DNA of 64,000 nt from the IMG/VR virus record IMGVR_UViG_2863389319_000001; one strand, 5' to 3'. Of the stretch, positions 44,392 to 54,173 are shown in pieces. Both the position numbers and the translations under genes were made by a program. A model generated the notes under the pieces. The model did no database searches, had not been told where the DNA came from, and saw only the letters and a program-made list of their open reading frames with translations. This DNA is from a virus. Lineage: Duplodnaviria; Caudoviricetes. Position 1 is the stretch's first letter; every line of letters starts with the position of its first letter.

Positions 44392-44631
44392 ATGACCGAT
44401 CGTAGTGCCGCTACAAGCCGTAGCACATCCCAGGGGGCCCTTGAAGACCCCAGCTTCACCCCTCCGGTCCCGTCGCCCGCCGATGCGCTTGACGCGGCCC
44501 AGGCCGAACTGAACGCCCTCGCCGCCGGCATCAACGACCGCAGCCTCGACGGAGACCAGCGGTACGACCTCCTGCAGGACATCCAGTCGGCCGCAGGCCG
44601 TCTCGACGAGCTGAAGCGGGGCCCCCAGTGA
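44392..44631 (+). CDS. Hypothetical protein
   Basis: First gene after divergent promoter; GGAAGG RBS. Confidence 0.55.
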   Translation: MTDRSAATSRSTSQGALEDPSFTPPVPSPADALDAAQAELNALAAGINDRSLDGDQRYDLLQDIQSAAGRLDELKRGPQ

Positions 44632-44895
44632 TGCTCGCCGCGCTCCTCATCCTGATCATCATCAGCACCGGCGCCATGTGGCTCTACCACTGCCACGGCC
44701 GCACCTTCGAGCGCAACCCGAAGGACTCGCAGTGAGCGTCGACACCGGCCACACGATGGGCCTGACCCGCGCCGAGATCGCTGCGGCCCTGCGCGGCACC
44801 CCCGCCGACGAACCCGCACCGACCACCAGCTGGTCGTGGGACAAGCCCGACACCCGCCCCGCAGCGTGGGCCGCTTCCGGAGAGGACAAGTAGCC

Positions 44896-45204
44896 GTGCC
44901 CATCACTTTCCACGAACTCATCGCCGCCCACAGCGAGATGCTCGCCCGCATCGCCTGCGGATCGATCGCCACCGAACCCGTCGCGTTCGTTTGCCAGCTC
45001 GGTGAGCTTGTCGACGACTCCGACCTCCGCGACAACCCGAGTTTCGAGGGCACCGCCGAGAGTCTCCGGGCTGCCGTCACGCTCCTCGCTGAGGCCCTCG
45101 ACCGGCCCGCCAGCAGCCAGGCGCAGATCGATTTCCTGCAGGCCGCGGACAAGCACCTGCACGACCTCGCCGCCGACGCGATCGCCCGAAGGAGCAGCAA
45201 GTGA
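44896..45204 (+). CDS. Helical hypothetical protein (paralog of 45977)
   Basis: ELIAAHSEMLA...LAEALD.P...ADKHL. Confidence 0.65.
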   Translation: MPITFHELIAAHSEMLARIACGSIATEPVAFVCQLGELVDDSDLRDNPSFEGTAESLRAAVTLLAEALDRPASSQAQIDFLQAADKHLHDLAADAIARRSSK

Positions 45205-45437
45205 CCACCGAGACCTGGCCCGAGGGCGTGATCGCCCGCTACATGACCATGGTGGGCCTCGCCCTCGCCGACCCCAACATCACCGTTGACCTCATCAACG
45301 ACGGCGGCGAAGCCATCTGCCGCGGCTGCGGCAAGGACTGGCCCAATCCCAACTACCCGTTCACCGTGCGGCAGTGGGCCGAGTCCCACGCCGAGACCTG
45401 CCGAGCCCTGCCCGATCCGAACGGGGCCCAGCGGTGA
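45201..45437 (+). CDS. Small zinc-binding mobile-element protein
   Basis: WPEGVIARYMT...CRGCG...WAESHAETCRALP. Confidence 0.7.
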   Translation: MTTETWPEGVIARYMTMVGLALADPNITVDLINDGGEAICRGCGKDWPNPNYPFTVRQWAESHAETCRALPDPNGAQR

Positions 45438-45558
45438 GCGACCACATCAACGGTGGCTACGGGCAGCCGCTTCAAGCCCCGGCTGGCGGCAACCCACCCC
45501 AGTGCCAGACCAGTCAGCCCACCCCGCCCCCGCAGATCGAGGCCCCGAAGGAGCAGAA

Positions 45559-45828
45559 GTGACCACCTACGAGTACGCGATCACGATCGACATCCCCGGC
45601 CCGCACAAGCCCAACCCGCGCATCCCCGAGCAGACCCAGAACCTGAACGCCACCCGAACCCAGTACGCGTCCGGCGAGGTTGACCTCGCCGACAGCTTCG
45701 ACCCGGCTTCCAGCGCGGACGTGGCCGTTGTCGCCAAGGGCCTCGTCAGCGACGTCTCCGGCCCGAAGTACGCCGGCAAGACCGTCACGGTCCGCGAGCT
45801 CACGCTCACCCCGAAGGAACGGCAGTGA
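45559..45828 (+). CDS. Hypothetical protein
   Basis: AAGGAGCAGAAGTGA junction. Confidence 0.55.
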   Translation: MTTYEYAITIDIPGPHKPNPRIPEQTQNLNATRTQYASGEVDLADSFDPASSADVAVVAKGLVSDVSGPKYAGKTVTVRELTLTPKERQ

Positions 45829-45976
45829 ACGTCAACGTCACCTGGCACCCGGCCGACGATCCGGGCGGCCGCCCCGCCACTGAGCAGGAGATCACCGATT
45901 TCCTCGCCAGCATGACCGCTCTCGACGGCACCAACTACGTCGACATCTACCAGCAGACCATCGAGGAGGGCTGGGA

Positions 45977-46264
45977 ATGACCGCGAAGATCACCACGACG
46001 GCGGAGCTGATCGCCAATCACGCCGACATGCTCGCCGACCTCTTCGGGGAACCGGCCAGCGCCAATCCCACCGAGCTCATCAGCCAGCTCGAAACGGTCG
46101 CCTCCGTGTACGAGGCGACCTCGATGACCACCGACGCGGCCGACGCCCTCAGCAAGGCCGCCAACTACCTGGCGGAAGCCCTTGAAGACCCCCGCCGTGA
46201 GGCGCAGTTGATTCGCCGAGCCGACAAGCAGCTGTGCGTCATCGACGCGATGGCGCTGGCCTGA
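45977..46264 (+). CDS. Helical hypothetical protein (paralog of 44896)
   Basis: ELIANHADMLA...LAEALEDP...ADKQL. Confidence 0.65.
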   Translation: MTAKITTTAELIANHADMLADLFGEPASANPTELISQLETVASVYEATSMTTDAADALSKAANYLAEALEDPRREAQLIRRADKQLCVIDAMALA

Positions 46265-46588
46265 AAGGAAACCCTGATGCGCGAGCACGTCACCCTCGAC
46301 GACGACACGCCGTTCACCGAGACCGATTTCGAGCAGGTTCGGGAGCTCAGCGTCGCTGTGCACCACGCCGACCAGGACATCCCGAGGCTGGCCGACGAGG
46401 CCATCTACCGGCTTACCGGCCTGTAGGTGAGTGCCTGCCACGAGCATGCCGAGGACGACCGCTCAGTCGCCACCGCCCTCGGCAGGCCCGCGCCTGCACA
46501 CCACGACGACCCGCAAGTCCTGACCAACGCGACCGACTTGATCCGAATCCTCGGCTACCAGCCCGAAGCCGCTTGAAAGGCCACCACC

Positions 46589-46768
46589 ATGACCGCCGAG
46601 CACATCACCCCTGTCACCTACGAGATCACCACCCCCGGCCGCACGATCACCGGCAACGCCACCGTCTTCGGCTCGATCGAGCACCGCGAGACCGTCGCCG
46701 CCCTCACCCAGCACCACCACCTCGACCTCGCCGAGATCACCGTCCAGCTCAGCACCATCGCGGCGTGA
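46589..46768 (+). CDS. Small hypothetical protein
   Basis: GAAAGG RBS + ATG. Confidence 0.45.
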   Translation: MTAEHITPVTYEITTPGRTITGNATVFGSIEHRETVAALTQHHHLDLAEITVQLSTIAA

Positions 46769-46938
46769 CGGTCGCCCCCGACGGCGCCGGCTACCACAAC
46801 CTCGCCGGCGCCCCCGTCACCACTCAGCTCTACCTCGTCGGCCAGTACACCTGCGGCGGCTGCGGCCTCACCGAGACAGTTACCACTGAGCAACTGGGCG
46901 GCGCTCAACCACGCCAAGACCTGCGAAGGGGAACCCCA

Positions 46939-47133
46939 ATGATCAACCGTGAGAAGTACCCGCTGCTGGGCGCCGCGGCCGATGCCCTGGACGCCGGCGA
47001 CTCCAAGCGTGCTGACGCCCTGGTCCGTGCCGCCGAGATCGCGGGCACCCCCGCTGAGAAGGCTGCACTGGCGACCACCGACAGGCTCATCGCAGCCGCT
47101 GACCAGCTCATCGCGGGCACGGCCGACCAGTAA
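46939..47133 (+). CDS. Ala-rich small protein
   Basis: GAAGGGG RBS + ATG. Confidence 0.5.
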   Translation: MINREKYPLLGAAADALDAGDSKRADALVRAAEIAGTPAEKAALATTDRLIAAADQLIAGTADQ

Positions 47134-47162
47134 TCACCATCATCAGAAACCAAGGAGCCGAA

Positions 47163-47582
47163 ATGACCGAGGCCTTCGAAACCGTCCGCCGCACAGCAGA
47201 CGCAGTGGTCGTCACAGCCGATGGCCGCAATCTGCTGCTGATCGAGCGCGACTGGCCGCCCTTCGAGGGGGCCTGGGCCCTCCCCGGCGGCCACGTAGAC
47301 AGGGGGGAAACGAGCCGCGCCGCAGCCGCCCGCGAGCTGCTCGAGGAAACCGGAATCCTCCTGGCCACCAACGAGCTGGCCCAGATCGGCGTCTGGGACC
47401 AGCCTGGCCGGGACCCGCGCGGCAGGTACGTCACCGTCGCCTACCTCGCCGTCGTCCCGGCTGGCACCCCGATCATCGCCGGGGACGACGCCCGCGCCGC
47501 CCGCTGGTGGCCGATCAACTCCCTGCCGCCGCTCGCATTCGACCACGCGGACATCATCGCCGCCGCCCTCACCCGCCGCTAA
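47163..47582 (+). CDS. Nudix hydrolase (Pif/MutT-like)
   Basis: Nudix box GGHVDRGETSRAAAARELLEETGI; RDPRG; LAFDH. Confidence 0.93.
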   Translation: MTEAFETVRRTADAVVVTADGRNLLLIERDWPPFEGAWALPGGHVDRGETSRAAAARELLEETGILLATNELAQIGVWDQPGRDPRGRYVTVAYLAVVPAGTPIIAGDDARAARWWPINSLPPLAFDHADIIAAALTRR

Positions 47583-47627
47583 CCAGCCAACCGCTCCACT
47601 AGGGGCCCCGATCGCCACGAGGACACC

Positions 47628-48617
47628 GTGAAGTACCGCGCCGAAGATCGAACCCGCCTGATCCCGCACACCATCGACGGCATCACCGAGATGGTCCCGG
47701 AGGACTACACCGTCCACGTGCCCGTCCCACCCCATGACTGGGACCGCATCATCCTCACCGCCGCCACTGCGGCCACCGCGGCCATCCTCACGGCGTCCGT
47801 CGTCTGGTCCACCAGTAGCGTCGGCGCGCTTCTCGGCCGGTCTGTCGAATCCGCCATCGCCTACGGCGCGGCTAGCGTCTTCGACCTCGTCTGGATCGTC
47901 TGTATGGCCGTCGAATGGCTGAACCGCTATAACCCCCGCGGCGCCGTCCTCCCCCGCCGCGCCGGCCACATTGCACTCGTGATCGCTATGGCCGCGGTGT
48001 GCACCAACGGCTGGCTCACTGGGGGCGTCGCCCCCGGCATCATCGGCGCGGCCGTCTCCGCCCTCGCTAAGGGCACCTGGACCATCGTCATGAAGCACAC
48101 CGCCAAGCCGCTGGACCCGCTCACACAGGGCTGGGTGGACCGGCAGATGTCCGAAGCAGGCGGCCGCCTCGCCCTCGGCTCCGTCCGCCGCCAGGTCGCG
48201 CGGGCCGACGGACAGTACGCCGCCCAGATCGCCGCCCTCACCCCGGACGGGCCGGACACGGACAACGGACAGCCGGACACCGTGTCCGGGACAGTCCGGG
48301 CAGCTGTCCGCGCCGCCCTCACCACCATGCCCGGCGCCGCCCCCGACGAGATCGTCCGACAGCTGGCCCACGCCGGGATCCACACCGATGAGGACACCGT
48401 CCGACGCCTGTCCGGACAGCAGGACAGCACGTCAGGGAAGGTGCTGCGTCTCACCGCCACCGCCGGGCCGAGCATCGCGGACACCATCCGGACACAGGTA
48501 TCCGCAGGCGTGTCCGACCCGGTCGCTGTCCTCGCCCAAGTCCGGACTGTCCACGGATCCGATGTCCGCGCGGACACCGTCCTGCGGACACTGCGCCGGA
48601 TCTCCCGCACCGCCTGA
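47628..48617 (+). CDS. SpdB-like membrane spread/transfer protein
   Basis: PHTIDG...PHDWD, four TM segments, AYGAASVFDLVWIVCMAVEW, repeat-rich C-terminus. Confidence 0.75.
   Translation: MKYRAEDRTRLIPHTIDGITEMVPEDYTVHVPVPPHDWDRIILTAATAATAAILTASVVWSTSSVGALLGRSVESAIAYGAASVFDLVWIVCMAVEWLNRYNPRGAVLPRRAGHIALVIAMAAVCTNGWLTGGVAPGIIGAAVSALAKGTWTIVMKHTAKPLDPLTQGWVDRQMSEAGGRLALGSVRRQVARADGQYAAQIAALTPDGPDTDNGQPDTVSGTVRAAVRAALTTMPGAAPDEIVRQLAHAGIHTDEDTVRRLSGQQDSTSGKVLRLTATAGPSIADTIRTQVSAGVSDPVAVLAQVRTVHGSDVRADTVLRTLRRISRTA
48209..48590. repeat. Dense array of CGGACA/TGTCCG hexamers in the spdB 3' end
   Basis: About 15 exact copies on both strands in about 380 bp, plus near-copies. Confidence 0.8.
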
Positions 48618-48654
48618 ACGACCCGAACCGCCACACGCTGACGAAGGAAAGATC

Positions 48655-49224
48655 ATGACCGGCAACGACTCGATCTACAATGACGCGGCGTTCGATATCA
48701 CGAGCGTCCCGTCATGGAAGTCCCCGCCACTGCACGGCGCCTATGCCCCGAACGCGAAGCTCTCCTCGCGGGCGAAGGCCGGGATCGCCGCAGGCGGGGT
48801 CATCCTCGCCGCCACCGGCATGATCGCCTACTCGGACTACGCGTCGTCCCAAGCTGACGCCCATGTGAAGGCCGCTCAGATCGCCCTGCAGCAGTCCCAG
48901 CTGGACCTGCAGCGCCAGCAGCAGGAGGCCGCGCAGGCCGCTACCGCCGGCCAGGAGACCCAGGCCGAGCAGGCCCGGCGTCAGGCCGTCCAGGACTGCG
49001 TTGCGAAGGCCTCCGGGGACAGCATGAACGCGGTCTCCCAGTGCTCCGCCGCCTTCCCGGCGATCACCTCGCCCGGCATGTCGACGGCCTCCGACACGGT
49101 CGCCAGCAGTAAGTCCTCGGCGGCCGGATCCGACGTCGGGCTCGTCGTTCTCGGCTCCGTCGGGGCGGTCATGGCGGTGGGCTGGGCGAAGAAGCGGTTC
49201 GGCCACCGGGCTCCTTCTCTGTAA
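48655..49224 (+). CDS. Two-TM coiled-coil protein (transfer accessory)
   Basis: N- and C-terminal TM helices, Gln/Ala coiled coil, Cys pair. Confidence 0.65.
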   Translation: MTGNDSIYNDAAFDITSVPSWKSPPLHGAYAPNAKLSSRAKAGIAAGGVILAATGMIAYSDYASSQADAHVKAAQIALQQSQLDLQRQQQEAAQAATAGQETQAEQARRQAVQDCVAKASGDSMNAVSQCSAAFPAITSPGMSTASDTVASSKSSAAGSDVGLVVLGSVGAVMAVGWAKKRFGHRAPSL

Positions 49225-49321
49225 CACGATGTGACCTCCCCCCACCCGCCTCCCGCTCGCAAATGAGCCCCCAATGCCACCCCTTGGCTGTTCAAATGCC
49301 GTCTCGGGGGATTCTCCGGCC

Positions 49322-49339
49322 GGGTGGGGGGTGGGTGGG
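49322..49339 (+). other. G-quadruplex motif GGGTGGGGGGTGGGTGGG with upstream complementary arm at 49238-49248
   Basis: Four G-tracts with 1-nt T loops; CCCCCCACCCG is the reverse complement of 49321-49331. Confidence 0.6.
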
Positions 49340-49365
49340 TGACTACCAGCAGTGAGGTATTCGAG

Positions 49366-51429
49366 ATGACTACGACCATCGAACCACCCCCGCAAACCGA
49401 CTCCGGAGGCGACCGCAGGCCCGCCGAGCCGAGCAGCCCGGAGGCCCGAACGGGCACCCTCGCGGGCATTCTCACCCCCGTCCAGCCGGCGCGACCGACC
49501 GCCCACCTGGGCACCACCGCCGCCCTCGCGCAGGACTTACCTGCCGCCGAAGCGGCGACCCCGGGCGGGGTCGCCGGCCGCGGGAAGACCGGCTCGGGCG
49601 ATCGGCGGGACGGCCCGATCGGCGCCCTCGTACGGGCCTTGGCCGGCCGCCTGGGCCGCACCGGCACCGCCACCTCGGTCAAGCAGAGTCACGACATCAA
49701 AGAGACTCGGCTCTCCGGGAACTCGACCTCCGCCACCCACGCGAACAAGTCCGACCGCACCGCCAAGCATGAGAGTGGCTCGCAGCACCGGTCCAACCGT
49801 GACGCCAAGATCGCCGACCTCAACAACAAGGTCCACCAGCACCACAACAGGAACCAGCAGGACCACAAGCGGGCCAGCACATCTGACGCCAAGACCTCCC
49901 ATGCGAGGCAGGCCAAGGACGACAACTCGTCCAGGCACAACCGGGACAGCAAGGACAACCGGGACGCCAAAGCGTCCGACGCGAAGAGCTCCAAGAACGA
50001 CAACGCGTCGAAATCCGCGCAGGACGACAAGAACCACCGCGACGCCCGCACCGACGGGAAGACAGCAAAGACCAACAGCACCGACACCAAGTCCTCGGAC
50101 ACGAAGACCACGAGCGCGAAGAAAGACGACGCGGCAAGGAACGACAACTCCCAGCGCAGCAACCAGGACGACCGGAAGACCGGCAGCACGGACACGAAGA
50201 ACACCCGAACCGACGTACCGGCGTACAGCGCCCGGGACGCCGGCCCGTTCGACTCCGCCCCCACCAAGCGACCCAAGGGCGGCGGACCGGACGAACGCGG
50301 CTCAGCCAAAAATCCAGCCCGCAAGATCGACCTGGGCAAGACCAGTGACGCCCCGTCCGACCCAGCGAAGGAAGCCGGTCCGGACCGACCGGCGAAGAAG
50401 GACACCGAACCGGCCGACCGCGACAAGCAGGACCAGGCGTCACAGGGCCCGCGCCCCCGCACCCAAACCTCCCGAGAGGTCGGCTACCGCGACGGAACAC
50501 GGGCCGCCGCAGCCGTCGGGCACGTCCGGGCGTGGCGGGACGGCACCCGCGACGGCTGGGACGACCGCACCACCGCCGATCTGGCCGAGAGGAAGAAGAT
50601 GGACGCCACCAAGACCCGCAACGAGGACCGCCGCCTGCTGAAGCCCGACAAGGCCCCCATCGCGCCGAAGACGGCCCCAGCCGCCGGATCAACCGCCGAC
50701 ATGACGAAGACGACCGAGCCCCCGAAGCAGCCCACGCTCACCATCCCACCGAAGCCGACGACCCCGCCCAGGCCAACGGTCCCGCCGAAGCCAACCGTCC
50801 CGCCCACCATTCCGGCCGGGACAGGCGCACAGAAGAAGACCGCCCCGGCACCCGGGGCAGTAACGACGAAGACCACAGCAGCAACACCCCATTCAGGACA
50901 GACCACCGGGCCGACGCCGCCCGGCCCCAAGTCGCCCACAGCACCCGAGCCGACAGCAGTGACAGCAGTGAAAGTCGGCCCCGATGCCGTGGAGTTCACC
51001 GCACCGGACCGGCACGGCGTCGCGGCGCAGCACACCCTCAGCCGTGGCGAGGTCCGCAGCCTCAGGCAATTCGAACAACGCCTGGAACAGAAGGGGCAGA
51101 CGCTGGCGAAAATCGGCGAGGACAACAAAACCGCCCAGCAGCACGCGCTCGCCCACGCGATGCGCGCCCAGCAACTGGCCGAAGCAGCCAAGGAGATGCA
51201 GGGCGGGATGGCGCTGGTCGGCGTGCTACTCCGGCTGGCCGAGTGGGCCACCGCGCTGCGCTATAAGACCGATGAGGTCGCCAAGCGCACCACGCGCAGC
51301 GCCGAGGCCGTACGCGTGGTTGCCGCCAACGCCCAGACCCGACACGGGGTCATCTACAAGGCCGTCGCCGACTCCCCACTCACCACCCCAGCCGAGCGGG
51401 CCTTCTACCAGGACAAGCAGGGCAGCTGA
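49366..51429 (+). CDS. Large low-complexity protein with C-terminal TraA-like helical domain
   Basis: D/N/K/S/H/R repeats, Pro/Thr linker, C-terminal HGVIYKAVADSP...AERAFY. Confidence 0.7.
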   Translation: MTTTIEPPPQTDSGGDRRPAEPSSPEARTGTLAGILTPVQPARPTAHLGTTAALAQDLPAAEAATPGGVAGRGKTGSGDRRDGPIGALVRALAGRLGRTGTATSVKQSHDIKETRLSGNSTSATHANKSDRTAKHESGSQHRSNRDAKIADLNNKVHQHHNRNQQDHKRASTSDAKTSHARQAKDDNSSRHNRDSKDNRDAKASDAKSSKNDNASKSAQDDKNHRDARTDGKTAKTNSTDTKSSDTKTTSAKKDDAARNDNSQRSNQDDRKTGSTDTKNTRTDVPAYSARDAGPFDSAPTKRPKGGGPDERGSAKNPARKIDLGKTSDAPSDPAKEAGPDRPAKKDTEPADRDKQDQASQGPRPRTQTSREVGYRDGTRAAAAVGHVRAWRDGTRDGWDDRTTADLAERKKMDATKTRNEDRRLLKPDKAPIAPKTAPAAGSTADMTKTTEPPKQPTLTIPPKPTTPPRPTVPPKPTVPPTIPAGTGAQKKTAPAPGAVTTKTTAATPHSGQTTGPTPPGPKSPTAPEPTAVTAVKVGPDAVEFTAPDRHGVAAQHTLSRGEVRSLRQFEQRLEQKGQTLAKIGEDNKTAQQHALAHAMRAQQLAEAAKEMQGGMALVGVLLRLAEWATALRYKTDEVAKRTTRSAEAVRVVAANAQTRHGVIYKAVADSPLTTPAERAFYQDKQGS

Positions 51430-51430
51430 C

Positions 51431-51805
51431 ATGGCAAATGGACTGACATACCGCGACCTGGTGCGCCAGGTGAAGCAGCTGTCGAAGGAGATCGCCCGGG
51501 ACACCTCCGCACACCGGGCACTGGCCGAACTGCTCAAACAGGAGGCTCAGGACACCCTGCGGGTCGCCGAACAGATCTCCACACTCAAGGTCGACTCCGC
51601 GACTGTTGCCGAGACCTCCGAGGTGGCGCGGCTCATGAACGGCCTCTCAGAGGCGGCCGTCTCCTACGCCACAACGGCCGAGGAAGCTGGCCGACAGGCC
51701 CAGGCCGCGGGCGAGCAGGCCCGCACCGACCACAACGGCATCCAGGAGGCCAACGACCGCTCCCCGGTCGAAATGGCCGACCGCACTTGGTACACCCAGG
51801 AGTAG
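51431..51805 (+). CDS. TraA-like small helical protein
   Basis: 124 aa helical hairpin, LTY start, HNGIQEANDRSP...ADRTWY; directly before traB. Confidence 0.65.
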   Translation: MANGLTYRDLVRQVKQLSKEIARDTSAHRALAELLKQEAQDTLRVAEQISTLKVDSATVAETSEVARLMNGLSEAAVSYATTAEEAGRQAQAAGEQARTDHNGIQEANDRSPVEMADRTWYTQE

Positions 51806-51809
51806 AACC

Positions 51810-54071
51810 ATGACCACCAACACCACCCCCACCGCCGAAGCAGTGCGCAGCCCGACCGTCGAGAAGCGACTCGCGATCGCCGAGATCGCCGCCCCACTCC
51901 TGTGCGCAGGCATCATGCCCCTTCTCGACCCCCAGGCCGCGACCACCATGTCGACGTTCCTCGCCGCGCCAGCCCTCATCGCCAGCGCCAACGCCAGCGG
52001 ACTGCTGAACGACCGACTACTGGACGACATCCCCGGCGGCGACCTCCTGCGCGCCCACCGCCGCCCCATGTTCATCTCCGCCATCGCCACCGCGACCGCC
52101 GCCGCCACCGCCACCCTCGACGGCCAGGCCGGCATCGACCAACTCGTCGCCGGCTGGATGACCATGCCCTCCCTCCCAGGGCTCGTGTCCGTCGCCTGGC
52201 TCGGCGCCGTCGGGTTCGTCGGCTTCTCCCTGCGACGCGTCATCGCCGGCCACCGCCGCCCCCATAAGGCCGCCCCCAGCGCGGCCCCTGCTGCCAACCC
52301 GGTTGACGCTGCCGTGCGCGACATCCTGCACGGCTGGGACGCCCACATCTCCGGGGAGAACGGCGCCCATCCCGGCCAGCACCTGACCCTCACCGCCCAC
52401 GGACCCGAGATGTGGGAGGGCGTCATCGAAGCCGCCCCCGGCAGGCCGGTCACCGTCACCGGCGAGACCGTCTCCGGCGTTTACCGGCTCCCCGTCGACT
52501 GGATCTCGATCACCGAGGGGCCGCACACCAGCTCCCGCAACATCCGGGTCCGCACCGTCGCCCCGACCATCGAAGAGGCGCAGTACAGCACCCTGGAAGC
52601 GCGCTGGCTGCGTCGCGTCGCCCACAAGGCCGGCTGCATGCCCGGCACTCACCTCGAAGGCGCCGTCCCCGACCCGGCGACTGGCGGTGTCGCCGCTTGG
52701 ATCGTCGCTGACGACGACACCGACGCGATCACGGTCCCCGACCAGTACCGGCTCGCCGGGGCCCTGCACACCACCACCCTGCTCGTCGCGGTGGAACCCA
52801 CGAGCAACCCGCGCAAGGCCAAGTTCCGCCTGATGGAGCGCTCTCCACTGCAGGACGGACGGCCGCTGCCCGGCCCCGGGGCCCTCCTCGCCAACAAGAA
52901 CGGGTTCATCCAACTCGGTGGCGGCATCTCCGGGCGCCCCGCCCGCCTGCAGATTTTCGACCCCACCGTCGGTGCCCAGCACATCCTGGTCGCCGGCGTC
53001 ACCGGCTCCGGCAAGGGCGGCGTCCTCCAGCTGATCTGCCTGGCCTACCACGTCAACAAGGTCGCGATCCTTTACGCCGACCCCAAGGGCTCTTCCAACC
53101 CGGCAGTGGCCCGGATGGCCGCCTACGCCGGCTGCGGCAAGGACGGAGCGATGGGCACGCTGCGCCTTGCGTACGCGATCCTCCTGCACCGCATCGCCGA
53201 GTCCGCCGCCACCGATGCCAAGAACTTCGTGGCCAGCGCCGAACGACCGTACGTCGCTGTCCCGCTGGATGAGTTCGCGCAGGTCCTCGGCGAGAAGTCC
53301 GAGCACATGAAGGAGGCGTCGTTCATCGTCGCTGCCATCGCCGAGCAGGGCCGGTCGCTGGGCATGGCCATGGTGCTGTGCGGCCAGATCATGAACCTCG
53401 ACAAGATGGGCTCCGACACCAGTATCCGCGACAACATCTTCTACGGCGGGGCCCTGGTCCTCCTCCGCTCTGACAGCGCGCAGAAGCAGCGTGTTGACCT
53501 GCCCGACGCGTTCGCCGGCATCGACCCGTCCAAGATCCCCGCCTTCTGGAAGAGCGACGCAGAGGAAAGCCTGATCTACGACCCGACCGTCCCCGAAGAC
53601 GACCCCAGTCGCACCTTTGGCGTCGGCTACACGGTCGGCCCCGATGAGCAGGCCGAGATGATGCGCGTCTGGATCCAGGAGACCGCTGACGGTCTGTTCG
53701 ACCCGGCCGACATTGTCTACCCCGCCGACTTCCCCGATTGGGGCGACCGAGAGGCGATCGCCGCCACCCCCGTCGGCCCGGCGGCTGTCGACTACGACGA
53801 GGATGGCGACGACTCAATGTGGGCGCCCAGCGCCCCTGTTCAGTTCACGAAGGAGCCAACCGCCCAGGAGAAGATCCTCACTGTGCTGGAGGACCGTCGG
53901 GACCCGATCGGCGTTGAGATCGGCTATCTGCACCTCGACCAGATCACCCAGATGACCGGCGTCGCCCGCAAAACCGTCGAGAACACCCTCAGCCGCCTCG
54001 CCAAGGACGGCACTGTTGTCCGCAACGCGGAGGCGGCCGGCGAGTACGGCCTGCCACTCCCTCCTGACTGA
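51810..54071 (+). CDS. traB: FtsK/SpoIIIE-type conjugal DNA translocase TraB
   Basis: N-terminal TM region, HILVAGVTGSGKG Walker A, VPLDEF Walker B, GRSLGM, C-terminal wHTH (RKTVENTLSRLAKDG). Confidence 0.85.
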   Translation: MTTNTTPTAEAVRSPTVEKRLAIAEIAAPLLCAGIMPLLDPQAATTMSTFLAAPALIASANASGLLNDRLLDDIPGGDLLRAHRRPMFISAIATATAAATATLDGQAGIDQLVAGWMTMPSLPGLVSVAWLGAVGFVGFSLRRVIAGHRRPHKAAPSAAPAANPVDAAVRDILHGWDAHISGENGAHPGQHLTLTAHGPEMWEGVIEAAPGRPVTVTGETVSGVYRLPVDWISITEGPHTSSRNIRVRTVAPTIEEAQYSTLEARWLRRVAHKAGCMPGTHLEGAVPDPATGGVAAWIVADDDTDAITVPDQYRLAGALHTTTLLVAVEPTSNPRKAKFRLMERSPLQDGRPLPGPGALLANKNGFIQLGGGISGRPARLQIFDPTVGAQHILVAGVTGSGKGGVLQLICLAYHVNKVAILYADPKGSSNPAVARMAAYAGCGKDGAMGTLRLAYAILLHRIAESAATDAKNFVASAERPYVAVPLDEFAQVLGEKSEHMKEASFIVAAIAEQGRSLGMAMVLCGQIMNLDKMGSDTSIRDNIFYGGALVLLRSDSAQKQRVDLPDAFAGIDPSKIPAFWKSDAEESLIYDPTVPEDDPSRTFGVGYTVGPDEQAEMMRVWIQETADGLFDPADIVYPADFPDWGDREAIAATPVGPAAVDYDEDGDDSMWAPSAPVQFTKEPTAQEKILTVLEDRRDPIGVEIGYLHLDQITQMTGVARKTVENTLSRLAKDGTVVRNAEAAGEYGLPLPPD

Positions 54072-54173
54072 ACTACCGCCAGGCCCCGGCGCGGTGCACC
54101 AGAATGGATCCCTGACCCGAGGGGGACCATCCGTGACACCGCGCCATCCAGAAAGCCCGCTCCCACCGGAGGC

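Noticed and set aside
44437-46192. Shared GCCCTTGAAGACCCC at about 44437 and 46178
   Set aside because: Both encode ALEDP; only two copies, no further support
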